This document shows, in pieces, positions 63,712 to 64,000 of a DNA stretch of 64,000 nt. A program made the position numbers and the translations under genes. Origin of the DNA: Negaprion brevirostris (Eukaryota); assembly GCA_030324005.1 (NCBI GenBank), contig JARDVH010000001.1, positions 122,230,341-122,294,340 on the forward strand, in the 5' to 3' direction. Each line of letters starts with the position of its first letter. Within the stretch, counting starts at the first letter, position 1. The notes beneath the pieces were generated by a model, which worked only from the letters and a program-made list of their open reading frames with translations, searched no databases and was not told where the DNA came from.

Positions 63712-63838
63712 GTGGGATTTTCTGACCATGTTCGCCCTGAAACTGGAAAATCCCATCCAAGGTCAACAGACCTTTCCATGATCCGCCCCTCACCTGTTCT
63801 GATTCCGATTACTGGCAGGCAGGAAGGTAAAATTTGCC
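63712..63838. mobile_element. MITE
   Basis: gtgggattttctgacc ... ggtaaaatttgcc; internal aaggtcaacagacc like 745-864. Confidence 0.55.
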
Positions 63839-64000
63839 TTATGGTCTGAATATATTTGGGAATTTGAGTCAAAGTGGGAGTCTGGTGCAGAGGGGAAGGA
63901 AGTGCTATTTTGCTTTCTAACATTTTCACTCTTCAGAAAGTGGTCCTGCCCTTCTGCAAAAATAACAATCTGTTTGGCGTGTATCTAGTAAATGTTTAGA

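Overview
Eukaryotic, repeat-dense, gapped draft sequence whose repeat repertoire (HE1-type V-SINEs, CR1, L2, Rex1/Babar, Penelope, Tx1, Gypsy, Deu-domain SINEs) points to a cartilaginous fish, probably a shark (inference). I recognise no intact host protein-coding gene; the ORF track is mostly decayed transposon frames, gap-spanning frames or chance. There is a CpG-enriched, splice-signal-rich region at about 15.0-17.7 kb that looks like the non-coding 5' end of a minus-strand gene, flanked by a minisatellite and a telomere-like satellite. The most unusual element is a remodelled, apparently full-length U2 snRNA derivative at 46543-46768. It keeps stem I, the Sm site and SL IIb/III-like stems, but the branch-point recognition sequence is replaced by a new hairpin, making it a candidate snRNA-headed SINE or variant snRNA. 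Other highlights are an inverted Penelope insertion with two hammerhead motifs and a 10-bp TSD, a Gypsy-in-Gypsy insertion whose host gag frame can be rebuilt, and a four-level TE nest. Repeat boundaries are by eye and approximate unless a TSD or terminus is stated.
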